Shown here piece after piece: positions 43,752 through 53,765 of a DNA stretch of 64,000 nucleotides (within the stretch, counting starts at the first letter, position 1; each line of letters opens with the position of its first letter). A model generated the notes under the pieces. The model saw only the letters and a program-made list of their open reading frames with translations, ran no database searches and was not told the origin of the DNA. Both the position numbers and the translations under genes were made by a program. The stretch is from a virus. The DNA lies in the IMG/VR virus record IMGVR_UViG_3300008262_000025, positions 1 through 64,000 of that record. One strand, given 5' to 3'.

Positions 43752-44192
43752 TCACTTCTTAGTTTTAATTATAATATTAGCAATAGTATCATCAACGTTT
43801 TTAAAATCTACTCTATTTCTTTTTACTGTATAATCAATAAATTCTGATATAGCTTGATCTAAAAATTTAACAATTCTTGGATCAGTGTTATAAATATTAA
43901 ATAAATCATAGAATGATTCATTAAGATATTTACCAGGAATAGTACCACTTTTAAGTTCTTGAGTTAACATTTCTTTCAATATTATCTCAGAAATTTCAGG
44001 ATACATAACTTTAGGTAAAGCTTTAACAGTATCTATTCTTGCAATTGAATCTTTAAGAATAGAATCCCTTTTTAACTTACTTGAGTCAACAAGTTCTTTG
44101 TTCTTACCAAACTTTCGCTTGGGTTTCTTTGTTTCTGTATTACCGCAAGATAATATAGATAAAATAAATAATAAAAGTAAAATTTTTCTCAT
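43752..44192 (-). CDS. Putative lipoprotein
   Basis: MRKILLLLFILSILS-C signal peptide with lipobox Cys. Confidence 0.75.
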   Translation of the reverse strand: MRKILLLLFILSILSCGNTETKKPKRKFGKNKELVDSSKLKRDSILKDSIARIDTVKALPKVMYPEISEIILKEMLTQELKSGTIPGKYLNESFYDLFNIYNTDPRIVKFLDQAISEFIDYTVKRNRVDFKNVDDTIANIIIKTKK

Positions 44193-44193
44193 A

Positions 44194-47137
44194 CTAAAAA
44201 AGAGTTAATTGGTTATTATTAGATATTACATTAATAATCTTATAAGCTTCTCTAACATAATAGTTATAGTTGATGTCATAACAACTAAACTCTTCGCAAT
44301 TATAATACCTGTTAAAAATAGTAGTATTAAAGTCTTTCTCGACATTAGATTCTCTACTGTCGTTATGTACTTTCATTAACGTACCACCTTTATTTGTAAT
44401 TAAATATCTGTTATTCTTTTGTAGTTTTGTTTCTACAAATTCTCTGTCTTCAATCTTACGATGAATAGCTGTCCAACCTTTAGTAACTTTCATTGATAAT
44501 GTAAAGTCATAAATGTCTGTAGAGTTCATTATTGTTTCTTCAATTGGTATATTATGAACATAATAAGCTTCTAAAGCTTTAGGTACTATTTTCATAGAAT
44601 GATCTTTATGCCAATCTTTATTTATCTCAAAGTCACCTTTAAGTTTTGTTTTATCATTTTCATAAACTCCAATATAATTATTAACATCACGTATAATCAT
44701 TTTTTTATAATTAACGTATTCAAGTTCAAGACCAGAAAGTGTTTCCCAATCTTTACATATACTCATAAGTTTATCATAATGACTTTTATGAATCTTAACA
44801 GTAAGACCGTCAGTATTGATCTGTAACAAAGTAGAATCAGTATTTAATATTATTTCTTCAGCTAACATAGTTAATAGCAATTGGCCATTAACAGTAGTAG
44901 CTACAGTGTATGCTGGATCATAAAAGAATGATGTTTCTTCATTGGATTTACCATAAGAACCATTCAAAGCTAATTTTAATCCTTCATTAACAGCTTTAGC
45001 TGTCATGTCGTTTTTATCTATTTTAACTTTCTTTTTTGCAATAGATCTTTTATCATATACACCTTCGTATATATCACAAAACTTTTCACCTAAATGTAAA
45101 GGATAAAATCTATTACGTATTGCTAAATTAGGATAAAAACTACTACATTTGTTTCTGACATTTCTATCAGGTTCGGACTATATCTTAAATTCTTTTGTCC
45201 ATATATAACCCATGTATGATTTTTTATAACCATTACATACTGAGTATATATTTTGCCATTTAAAATCTGGATTATTTGAAATAATATCTTCAACAGAATC
45301 CCACTCTTTTAATAAATTTTTTTCTTTATCGTATTGTAAAAATTTGTATTTTTTCTTTTTTGTTTCTTTTAAAGTTTTAACCATCTTATTAACATTTTCT
45401 GGGTGTGACCAATGTTTTTTAGAATACTCAGAAAGTTTTAATTTATGTTCTGGATATTTTATATATCTTCTTTTTTGAGATTCTGATAATACAATTCTAG
45501 TCTCATGTGAAACAATACATTTAGTTTCAGAATCAATTCTTAAATTATACCCTTTATCTTTATTAGTAGATTCGTATTGATTAATCCAAAATAATTCTTT
45601 TTCTTTTAAAACTTTATCATCAATAATATCAAAATACTCTAATACCTCATATTCAAAAGAATCTCTTCCATATTTAAACCAAGAATGGATTAAATATCTA
45701 TTTTCATTTTTTGATTTTTTATTTAATAAATTTATATGTTGTTTTATTCTAGAATATATATTCTTAGATTTTCCAATATACACTTTATTATTATTTTTAT
45801 TTCTAATACAATAAATTCCACATTTATTAAGATCTCTTTTTCTGTTTAATTTCATAACTAATTATTTAATTGCTTACAATAAGCAAATATAATAAATAGT
45901 TATTTTTAGTTACCTCCTATTATCCAATAAAAGAATTTCCTTGCGCTTCGAATATCCCCTCGATATCCTACTCTACTCCTTTCCGTTTAGCAACGTAGTT
46001 TCGATAGTCTCTGCACGTTCCTTATTTTAACATAAAGCTTCGCTCAGGATTGCCATATTTTATAAACTTAGGTTTCCCTGAATTCACAAGGTTAAGACGC
46101 TAGTAGTTAACGTCTATATCGATAATTATATAATTATCACAAGACTCATATATACCAGGTGCAATACAACCGTGTATACCACCCACACCAAAATCATATT
46201 GAAATCCTTCAAATATAATATGTAAGTTATCTACTGTACCTTTCTTTTTATCAATGAGATTTCTATTGAAATAAGGAATAATTTTACTTACTTTATTTAA
46301 ACTAATATCAGTAAAGAATCCTTTTAAAACAGAACCTTCTATTCTACAAGATTTTAAGAATTCAAGGAGATGTTGAAACTCTTTACTTTTAAAATTAATA
46401 TATGGAAATATTAAATTAGAAAAAACAATTTCATCTCTTTTTGTTCTCATTTCTTTTAACTGAGAAACAGAAATATTCATTTCACTACTAATGATAGATG
46501 CAAATATTTCGGCACCAATCTTAGGAGCATTAGCATTTATAAGAGATAGATTATACTCTTTTGATAATGCTATTCTCATTGTAACTTGTTCTTTACTTTT
46601 TTTGTAGAACTCCCAAGTAGATAAAACATCATTAAGATTATACTTTAATATGTCTTCTACTTCGGAGTTTTCTACAATGTGGTAATGTGGTATTGGCATA
46701 TCTTGAACATTAGACCAATTCATAGCAATTTGAATATGCTTCAATGAAGTTCTACGGTTCTTATTATCGAAATGCCAAATCCTGTACAAGTCTATTTGTT
46801 TGATTTTTACATTCTTTTCTGGTATACTTGAGTATTCACTCTCAATTATTCTTTGACTTTGTTCGTATAATAATTGATTTATTTTATAAGAAGGATAGTA
46901 TTTCCATTTCTTATAATTAGAAAGAATAAAATGTAGTAAAGGGTAGTCATAATTAATATTATTGTACCCTATCATTATATTACAATCATTTAAAAGAAAC
47001 TTTACATACTCTTCTAATTGATTTACATCATTATGTATTACAAATGTTTTTATTGTTTCTGTGTATGGACAATAAGCAGTCATAGAATGAAAGTTTTTAA
47101 GCTGTTCTATGTCATATACCCATACATTATCCTTCAT
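44194..47137 (-). CDS. DNA polymerase family B, two exons (47137-46110 and 45145-44194; 659 aa spliced)
   Basis: Exonuclease motifs YDIE, GYN..NYD, YN.NDV; splicing restores motif A DIDV|SSFYPN; KLALNGSYG, NTDG, DVNNY, KG.F. Confidence 0.93.
45178..45855 (-). CDS. Intron-encoded GIY-YIG homing endonuclease with NUMOD1-like C-terminus
   Basis: CGIYCI...VYIGKS..I..R..QH, E..WI, GYN; C-terminal I..VC.G..KS..GY.W. Confidence 0.93.
   Translation of the reverse strand: MKLNRKRDLNKCGIYCIRNKNNNKVYIGKSKNIYSRIKQHINLLNKKSKNENRYLIHSWFKYGRDSFEYEVLEYFDIIDDKVLKEKELFWINQYESTNKDKGYNLRIDSETKCIVSHETRIVLSESQKRRYIKYPEHKLKLSEYSKKHWSHPENVNKMVKTLKETKKKKYKFLQYDKEKNLLKEWDSVEDIISNNPDFKWQNIYSVCNGYKKSYMGYIWTKEFKI
45884..45891 (-). 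promoter_or_regulatory. Intron-internal -7 promoter element (TATATTTG) for the homing endonuclease
   Basis: TAnnTTTG about 30 nt upstream of the endonuclease ATG, overlapping the hairpin ttgctta-caa-taagcaa. Confidence 0.5.
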
Positions 47138-47663
47138 ATAAAGATAAAAATTGTTTCTTATCTAATGTAAATGATTTAACGTTATTAGAAATTTCAATAT
47201 AAACATCATTATTTAAACCTTTACAAAATCTTACTTTATAATCATCAATAGCATCATAGCTAATAGATGAAAGATCATCGACATCTTCTAGATTAGAGTA
47301 ATCCTCATCTTCATAATCTTCATCCTCATCTTCATCTTCGTCATAATCATCATCATCGTCATCTTTATTATTAAAACATTCGATAAACTGAACCTCATCA
47401 TCATATTCAAAACCTTCAACATAATCTTGTAGATCGTAATCAGAATGAATATCATTCAATTCTTCAAAGAAAGAACTAGCATTTAACCCAATGTATTCAT
47501 CATTATCAAAAGGTTTTAACATATCTTCAATTGAAATAATAATATTTTTTATATCAATTTCTTTTAAATCATTAGGTTTTATATTAATATAAGCACCTTC
47601 TTGAGTACAATTATCAATACCTACATGTATACTACTTTTACTATAAGTGCAAACTCTAAGCAT
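47127..47663 (-). CDS. Highly acidic hypothetical protein
   Basis: Long D/E run; start taken at MLRV, after the upstream stop. Confidence 0.6.
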   Translation of the reverse strand: MLRVCTYSKSSIHVGIDNCTQEGAYINIKPNDLKEIDIKNIIISIEDMLKPFDNDEYIGLNASSFFEELNDIHSDYDLQDYVEGFEYDDEVQFIECFNNKDDDDDDYDEDEDEDEDYEDEDYSNLEDVDDLSSISYDAIDDYKVRFCKGLNNDVYIEISNNVKSFTLDKKQFLSLYEG

Positions 47664-47665
47664 AA

Positions 47666-48496
47666 TTAAAATATGTATCTTATAGAATTCCAAGGAATAA
47701 TCTCATCATGTAATTCTACAAATTGATTTATATAATCTTCTTTTAGATTGTATTTATATCTAATGTTTTTACCACCCATTTCACTAATTTTAAATTCTTG
47801 AATAGATGGATTCCATAATAAATACTCTCCTTCATTGTCTTTATTTTTCTGATGCATTTCTTCATTATGAGTAAGAAATATACATTCAGCTTTTACGTGT
47901 TGTTTAATCTCATCTTTAATTAATTTATCGACAAGTTTAAATAACTCTTCATATTTGTCTAACCAACCATCATATACTATGATAGGACTAAAGTTAATAT
48001 GAACATCATAACCCGCATCGTAAAAATCATTTATAGCTTGTATCCTCTCAACTATATGACTTGTTTTAGGTTCAAGTAATTGAGAATATTCTATTGGCAT
48101 TAAACTAAATCTAATTCTAATTTTTCTCTCAGGATTAAAGCTGAGAAATTTAGGATTAACTCGTTTAGTTGCAAAAGATGCTTTAGCTAAGTCATGATCT
48201 TTAAACCATTCAAACACATATTGCCAATTCCAATATTTAGAATCTAAACCTATATCAGCATTACAACCTATATCATAAGTTATATATTGATCATCAGTTT
48301 GATTTGGTTTAGCAATTTCAGCAAAATAAACATGACTATTTATAGTAGTCAATATTTCATTTATATTCGTTGATACATCAACTGACTTATCAGGATGATG
48401 TCTTTTTAAATAACAATAAGAACAATCATACTGACAACCTATTGTTATACTTGGAGCAATGAAATCTGTACTTCTACCTGAGTGGTAGATTTTCAT
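47666..48496 (-). CDS. Spore photoproduct lyase-like radical SAM protein
   Basis: GCQYDCSYCY (CxxxCxxC), YDIGCN.D, SFATK, RIRFSLMP, VHINFSP; start at MKIYHS. Confidence 0.85.
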   Translation of the reverse strand: MKIYHSGRSTDFIAPSITIGCQYDCSYCYLKRHHPDKSVDVSTNINEILTTINSHVYFAEIAKPNQTDDQYITYDIGCNADIGLDSKYWNWQYVFEWFKDHDLAKASFATKRVNPKFLSFNPERKIRIRFSLMPIEYSQLLEPKTSHIVERIQAINDFYDAGYDVHINFSPIIVYDGWLDKYEELFKLVDKLIKDEIKQHVKAECIFLTHNEEMHQKNKDNEGEYLLWNPSIQEFKISEMGGKNIRYKYNLKEDYINQFVELHDEIIPWNSIRYIF

Positions 48497-49211
48497 GCTT
48501 TTTCTTTTGTTGAACTTTATTTTTCTTTTTGATGCGTTTAAGTTTTTTATCATAAGCAGATAAACCTTTAGAGTTTGTAGTATAATAAACCATTTCACAA
48601 TTTTGAGTATCTTCATCAGGACAGATACATAATAAGACTTTTACTTTTCTTGTAGTTCTAAATGAATTATTAAACATAAATGATTTAGTTTCCATTGAAT
48701 ATTGATCACCAATAAATTCAACAATCCATTTTTGTTCTCTATATAAAGTATGAGTCCAGTTCTTAGTATACCTCTGATGAATAAATCTAATTATTTGGTC
48801 ATTAGTGTATTGAAAAATATAACTTTTATGTAAATTAAGTTTACTCCATTTGAGTCTGTAATTAAAAATTAACAAATCCATCTTCTTGAGATGCTTTTCT
48901 GTCTTACCTATTAAATCTTTTAACTCTTCTCTGAAAATTTTAATTTCAGGATTTACTAAAGAACCTTTAGAACCTTCAAAGTATAAGATCATATTTGCAT
49001 ACACCTTATTATTCTGTTCTTGTTCTTTAGTTAATGGTAGATGAGAACCACTTTCACCAATAGCTCTATCTTCTAATTTTGTAAATAATTTTTCATTGTA
49101 AAGAATAAAACTATGACCATCATCAACTAGTTCGATTAGTCTTGCTTGACCTTCGAAGTTTAATTCAAGTTGAGGACTATGGTATATATTAACAATGTCT
49201 CCAGGTTTCAT
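48474..49211 (-). CDS. Hypothetical protein
   Basis: 245-aa ORF in the operon. Confidence 0.6.
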   Translation of the reverse strand: MKPGDIVNIYHSPQLELNFEGQARLIELVDDGHSFILYNEKLFTKLEDRAIGESGSHLPLTKEQEQNNKVYANMILYFEGSKGSLVNPEIKIFREELKDLIGKTEKHLKKMDLLIFNYRLKWSKLNLHKSYIFQYTNDQIIRFIHQRYTKNWTHTLYREQKWIVEFIGDQYSMETKSFMFNNSFRTTRKVKVLLCICPDEDTQNCEMVYYTTNSKGLSAYDKKLKRIKKKNKVQQKKKHENLPLR

Positions 49212-49212
49212 A

Positions 49213-49935
49213 TTAGCTAGATTTACTTTTCATAATATAATATTGTCGTATAATCTGATGTTTATGATTCTTAGATAAATAAAAATCATAATTATCGTTA
49301 GTATTTAAAATCATAGGGTCATTGTTACCTATTTTAAATAAACCTGTTTTAGAATCTATTAGTTTAAGTAATTCTATTTTATGACCATCAATTGTAATAC
49401 CTATGAGTAGAGGTTTACTTAATTCAAAATCTTTAATTTTTATTAATTCTGAATAAAGAACTTTCTCATATTTAGATTCTGCTAAATCAATATCTGATTT
49501 AAAAGATTCTATCTTAGCAATTGGATGTTCAAAGTTTCTATAATAATCTTTTGTTTGATCTAGTTCTTTCAATAAAACAAGATTATTATACTTACCCCAT
49601 TTCTTATAAAATTGAGTGTTGATAATTGATAATCCTAAAGCTTTTGCAGATTTTAAAGAACAACTCTGCAAAACATCTTTATAATTTAATACAACACCCT
49701 CTTCATTATGCATTGGATATTTTACAATATACCCACCTGTTTCAATTATGTTTACAGCTTTTTCTGTAAGTTCATATTGATCTAAGTCATTATTAAAAGA
49801 TATTAATTCTAATTCAAGTAAATTTATTTTTTCTAATTCGCTAAAAAATATTTCAGGTATTTCAGAAGAAATTATTTCTTTACTATAAAGTAGTCTTAAA
49901 ACTATTATTTCACTATTGGATAATTTATTTTCCAT
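49213..49935 (-). CDS. Hypothetical protein, possible N-terminal wHTH
   Basis: 240 aa; LI....YELT.KA wing-like motif. Confidence 0.55.
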   Translation of the reverse strand: MENKLSNSEIIVLRLLYSKEIISSEIPEIFFSELEKINLLELELISFNNDLDQYELTEKAVNIIETGGYIVKYPMHNEEGVVLNYKDVLQSCSLKSAKALGLSIINTQFYKKWGKYNNLVLLKELDQTKDYYRNFEHPIAKIESFKSDIDLAESKYEKVLYSELIKIKDFELSKPLLIGITIDGHKIELLKLIDSKTGLFKIGNNDPMILNTNDNYDFYLSKNHKHQIIRQYYIMKSKSS

Positions 49936-49946
49936 TTTATTAAAAA

Positions 49947-50453
49947 TTATTTTTCATTAAATTGTTCTCTCAACTTTTCAGATTGATTAGACAAATATGA
50001 ATCCAATCTTTCTAGTAGAGTAACATCGTCGTTTATCGTTTCATTAGATAAATTGTTTTTTAATATTTGTTTACGAAGATCTTTATAAGCATAATATCTA
50101 TTATCATTATATAAACTTAATAAAGCTTCATCATCTTTAAATAATCTATCAACTTTCTTAATTAAAGTCTTCTTAATAGATTTAGTCAAATCTAATTTCT
50201 CCTTAGTCGGAGCTTCAGATTCTTTATTAATTGACAAAAATACAACAAAATCTTTGTTATTTTTATCATTTAATTTCTTCCTGGTCTCAAATGGAATATT
50301 TTTATTATTCCATCTAATTATTTCAGGATTAACATTTAAGGTTTTTGCTAATTCTTCTTTACCAATATCTTGATTAAAAGCTTCTACATAAAACGTAGAT
50401 GGACCTTTTTGATCAGGTAAAAGAACAGTGTATTTGAATAAAAGTAATTTCAT
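49947..50453 (-). CDS. Hypothetical protein
   Basis: 168-aa ORF. Confidence 0.6.
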   Translation of the reverse strand: MKLLLFKYTVLLPDQKGPSTFYVEAFNQDIGKEELAKTLNVNPEIIRWNNKNIPFETRKKLNDKNNKDFVVFLSINKESEAPTKEKLDLTKSIKKTLIKKVDRLFKDDEALLSLYNDNRYYAYKDLRKQILKNNLSNETINDDVTLLERLDSYLSNQSEKLREQFNEK

Positions 50454-50457
50454 ATTT

Positions 50458-51315
50458 TTAATTTTTTAAAATATAATTACCATTATAATCATCAGAAAAT
50501 TGACAAATGTTCTGAGAGTTTAATATTAAATTATATTCATTATAATTGGTATCATCAGTAAACAGTAATTGTGAATTAAAACTATTAATATCTTTATTTA
50601 CAAATAAGTTAATAATATTAACCTTAGATTTTACATCTATATCAATATCAAAACCATGTATAAACATTATACTATTAGAACCAATACAATCAATAACTAA
50701 AGGTAATAAAGAAAAAATTACTTTTATATTATAAGAACTATTAAAAATACTTTTACCATTTATATAAATGTCATCACCAGTAGATCTTATATTGTCTTTA
50801 TCTTGTATTAAATTAAAACTTAATAATAAATCTGTAACAACATTTACATATTCTACATCTTGACTACATTTAGCTATGGATTCATCCATTAGTACATTTA
50901 ACCAATTTTCTCTAGTTAAATCAATAACGATTAAACATTCAAAAAAAGTTCTGACTGGATCTGGTAAGAAAGGATTTAATTTAAAAGTATTATTCTGATA
51001 AATAATATTATTATTCTCATATAATTCTTCTAAGAATACTCCCTTTTTTGATATTTCTAAATAATAGTAATAATTTACTTCTTTATATACAAAATCTATT
51101 GAAACTGTAGTAATCTTATCATCTAATGTACTCTTAATGTAATCGTTTGAATTTGGACTTGACAACATTAAAAAGAACATAAAGAAATCAGAGAATACTA
51201 CTAGATCATTATCATATTTTTCACAAGTTATAAATAAAACATTAGTATTATCAAAAGTTAAATCTATCTTGTTAAAACCTGGATAATCTATTATTTTAAT
51301 ATTGCGAAAAAACAT
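50458..51315 (-). CDS. Degenerate ABC-type ATPase (AAA_21 / RloA-AbiL-like), Walker motifs lost
   Basis: N-terminal I.I..Y..F strand, IDF....YYY..EI....V..EEL, and a C-terminal pattern I..LL..VIDCI..NSIMFIHGFD.DI...IINLF....NS..SQLLFT that parallels the LIDE.D..LH / AQLIFTTH region. Confidence 0.55.
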   Translation of the reverse strand: MFFRNIKIIDYPGFNKIDLTFDNTNVLFITCEKYDNDLVVFSDFFMFFLMLSSPNSNDYIKSTLDDKITTVSIDFVYKEVNYYYYLEISKKGVFLEELYENNNIIYQNNTFKLNPFLPDPVRTFFECLIVIDLTRENWLNVLMDESIAKCSQDVEYVNVVTDLLLSFNLIQDKDNIRSTGDDIYINGKSIFNSSYNIKVIFSLLPLVIDCIGSNSIMFIHGFDIDIDVKSKVNIINLFVNKDINSFNSQLLFTDDTNYNEYNLILNSQNICQFSDDYNGNYILKN

Positions 51316-51317
51316 AA

Positions 51318-51905
51318 CTATGATTTAAAAGCTTCTTCCATTACAGAACTAATAGAACTTTTTAGTTTCTTAGTCTGGTCTTCACTGAGAAGATTTGGGT
51401 TATCATTAATAGTTTTTGATATTTTATTTAAAAATATGCTGATAGGTAATGCATTAGAATTAACATCAATTTCTCCAATTGATAGTTTTAGATTACCATC
51501 AATCTTCAATCTTAAGTTTTTCCAAACATTTAACTTATCTTCTATAGATTTTAACTTTTCATTCATTTTCTTTATTTGAAAACTCATGAACTCATCCATT
51601 ACACTATTTAACTTACCTTTAATAAAATCTAATTTCTCTTTAGCTTCTTCAGATGCAATATCTTCTAAAGGATCTTCGATTTTATAATTAGGAGTTTCAC
51701 TTGTAATTGTTGCAATATCTTGCTTAACTTCATCATAAGTTAAAGTTAAATTCTTGATAATCTCATCAATTTCATTTAACTCTTCAGTAGTAAGTTCAAT
51801 TTGATTTAATGGAACAGGTTGTTCTTCTACTATTACAGGTTGGTTTTTTTTCTTAAACATATTAAACATAAATTGAAATTTAAATTGGTTAAATAGAGGT
51901 AACAA
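51318..51905 (-). CDS. Hypothetical coiled-coil protein
   Basis: 195-aa ORF (true start may be near 51869). Confidence 0.55.
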   Translation of the reverse strand: MLPLFNQFKFQFMFNMFKKKNQPVIVEEQPVPLNQIELTTEELNEIDEIIKNLTLTYDEVKQDIATITSETPNYKIEDPLEDIASEEAKEKLDFIKGKLNSVMDEFMSFQIKKMNEKLKSIEDKLNVWKNLRLKIDGNLKLSIGEIDVNSNALPISIFLNKISKTINDNPNLLSEDQTKKLKSSISSVMEEAFKS

Positions 51906-51925
51906 AAATAGTATACATCAAAATA

Positions 51926-53380
51926 TTAGTAATTTTCTTTAATGTATTCTACATTATCATAAACTGTTTTAACTTCTTCAGAATAGTCAAAAGCTGCAGT
52001 AATCATTTCTTTTACAGATAGACCAAGACGCTCATTGTTAGTAAGCATTTTCTTAGGTTTAGCAAGCTCTTGATGTTTTCTTGATGTCTCTGCAGCAGAT
52101 ACAATCATTTCAGGTTCAACAAAAGTTGCTTGTCTGTTAAGACGATACTCCTTAGCTTTCTGAATGATGTCATTAGCAAATGCTGGAACAATACCAGACA
52201 AAGCTTCAGCAGCAGAAATATAATCAGAATCAGAGTTTAACAAAGATACACCATCTTTAGTCTTACAGAACTGATTAATAAATCTTAGTGCTGTTTTTTC
52301 ATTCAAAGGATCCATAATGATACAAGTATCAATACGACCCGCACGCATCATAGTAGCATTAATATTCTCTAAGTGATTAGTAGTGAATACTGTGATAATT
52401 GCTTTATCTTTAGTATCAATACCATCAAGAGTATTAAGAATAGCGTTTACAGAGTCTTTAGAACGATCTGTTACTACGCGGTCAATATCCTCTGCGAATA
52501 CAACTGCAGGAGCATAGATCTCAGCGAGACGGAGAGCCTCTTTAGTTTGAGAAGAATCCTCAATGTAAATAAATGTCCAACCATTATCATTTGCAATTTT
52601 TGCTGTAAGTTTAGCAAGTAAAGTTTTACCAGTACCGTATTGTCCAGCAAGAACGCAACCATGCTTTAATGAAATACCTTCACGAATACAAGCAGCGCTA
52701 TCTCTCAAACGAAGGAATATACCAGAATACTCATTAAGATTTCTCTCACTAAGGATTACAGTTTCTTCATCTATTTGTGATACATTCATGAATTCAGGAT
52801 CAACAGGATTACCACCTTTGATAAGGAACTCAAGATTAACCTTGAAAGATTTAGCTTTGTAAATAGAATTCAATCTCAAAAATTCTTGAGTACGAAGACA
52901 TACTAAGTTTACAAGCTTCTCATTCTTCTTCTTGATTTCACCACGAATGATAAAAGAAAGATCCTTAGCATTGTAAGAAGTCTCAAGATACTCATGCTCT
53001 TCAAATCCAGGGAATTGAATACGACCCCAAGGTACGTTTTTAATTTGACCATTTTGTAATTTAATACCGATCATTTGAGGTGGTTTAACTCCAGATGGAC
53101 CTTTCTCACCAACAGTATCAGCATAGCCAAATACTTCAGTACACACCTCAAATAGTGCATTAGCACCATCAAAAGGAAAAGCTTTCATTTCATGAAATAT
53201 AGAAATTATTCTTTCTTCTTCATTCTTTTTACGCTCTAACCATTTGATACCCTCTTCAATAGTCATACCCTCAGGTAATTGAATTTTACCTCCTTTGATT
53301 CTTTCAACTTCTACACTTGAGAATTTATCCTCTTGTTCAATAGCTTTTGTAAGTTTTTCGAGTAAAGATTTCTTAGCCAT
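51926..53380 (-). CDS. AAA+ ATPase (FtsH/Cdc48-like ATPase module, no protease domain)
   Basis: GQYGTGKT, VFAEDID, LN.LDG, TTNH, RAGRID. Confidence 0.9.
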   Translation of the reverse strand: MAKKSLLEKLTKAIEQEDKFSSVEVERIKGGKIQLPEGMTIEEGIKWLERKKNEEERIISIFHEMKAFPFDGANALFEVCTEVFGYADTVGEKGPSGVKPPQMIGIKLQNGQIKNVPWGRIQFPGFEEHEYLETSYNAKDLSFIIRGEIKKKNEKLVNLVCLRTQEFLRLNSIYKAKSFKVNLEFLIKGGNPVDPEFMNVSQIDEETVILSERNLNEYSGIFLRLRDSAACIREGISLKHGCVLAGQYGTGKTLLAKLTAKIANDNGWTFIYIEDSSQTKEALRLAEIYAPAVVFAEDIDRVVTDRSKDSVNAILNTLDGIDTKDKAIITVFTTNHLENINATMMRAGRIDTCIIMDPLNEKTALRFINQFCKTKDGVSLLNSDSDYISAAEALSGIVPAFANDIIQKAKEYRLNRQATFVEPEMIVSAAETSRKHQELAKPKKMLTNNERLGLSVKEMITAAFDYSEEVKTVYDNVEYIKENY

Positions 53381-53384
53381 AATT

Positions 53385-53765
53385 TTAATTTTGAAAATTG
53401 TTTTTAAATTGATTTGAATATTCTATAGCAGTTTCATAAGTTTCGAAACCAGGTATAGTTAATTGATTATTATGAAGAAGAGTTTCACATTTTTTAACTG
53501 CATCTTCAAGTTGAGTTCTTGTACCTTCTAAACAAGCAATGTTAACTTTATTAGAGTCTAAGATACTATCTTTAATTTCTGATCTTTGATCTAAGAAACC
53601 AAAATAATTGATTTCTCTGTGATTGTATCGATTAAGAAAAGCACGAGCTTGTTTATAAGAGCCAATAACTCCTTTACACGCTACAAGCATGTCATCATTT
53701 GAAACTGTACAAACAGCTTCTATTGGATACTCACCAAAAGTACCAACAACTAATTTTTCTTCCAT
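53385..53765 (-). CDS. Hypothetical protein
   Basis: 126-aa ORF. Confidence 0.6.
   Translation of the reverse strand: MEEKLVVGTFGEYPIEAVCTVSNDDMLVACKGVIGSYKQARAFLNRYNHREINYFGFLDQRSEIKDSILDSNKVNIACLEGTRTQLEDAVKKCETLLHNNQLTIPGFETYETAIEYSNQFKNNFQN

Larger units (their letters stand above)
45146..46109 (-). mobile_element. Group I intron (964 nt) in polB motif A
   Basis: P1 gacgu/gcguc with U-G at the 5' splice site; P10 aacuacua pairs with exon 2 uaguaguu; terminal G at 45146; core elements cagggaaacc, ggcaatcctgag, gcagagacta, aagatatagtccga. Confidence 0.93.

Noticed and set aside
47280-47410. tcatc-rich repeat
   Set aside because: It simply encodes the Asp/Glu run of the acidic protein.
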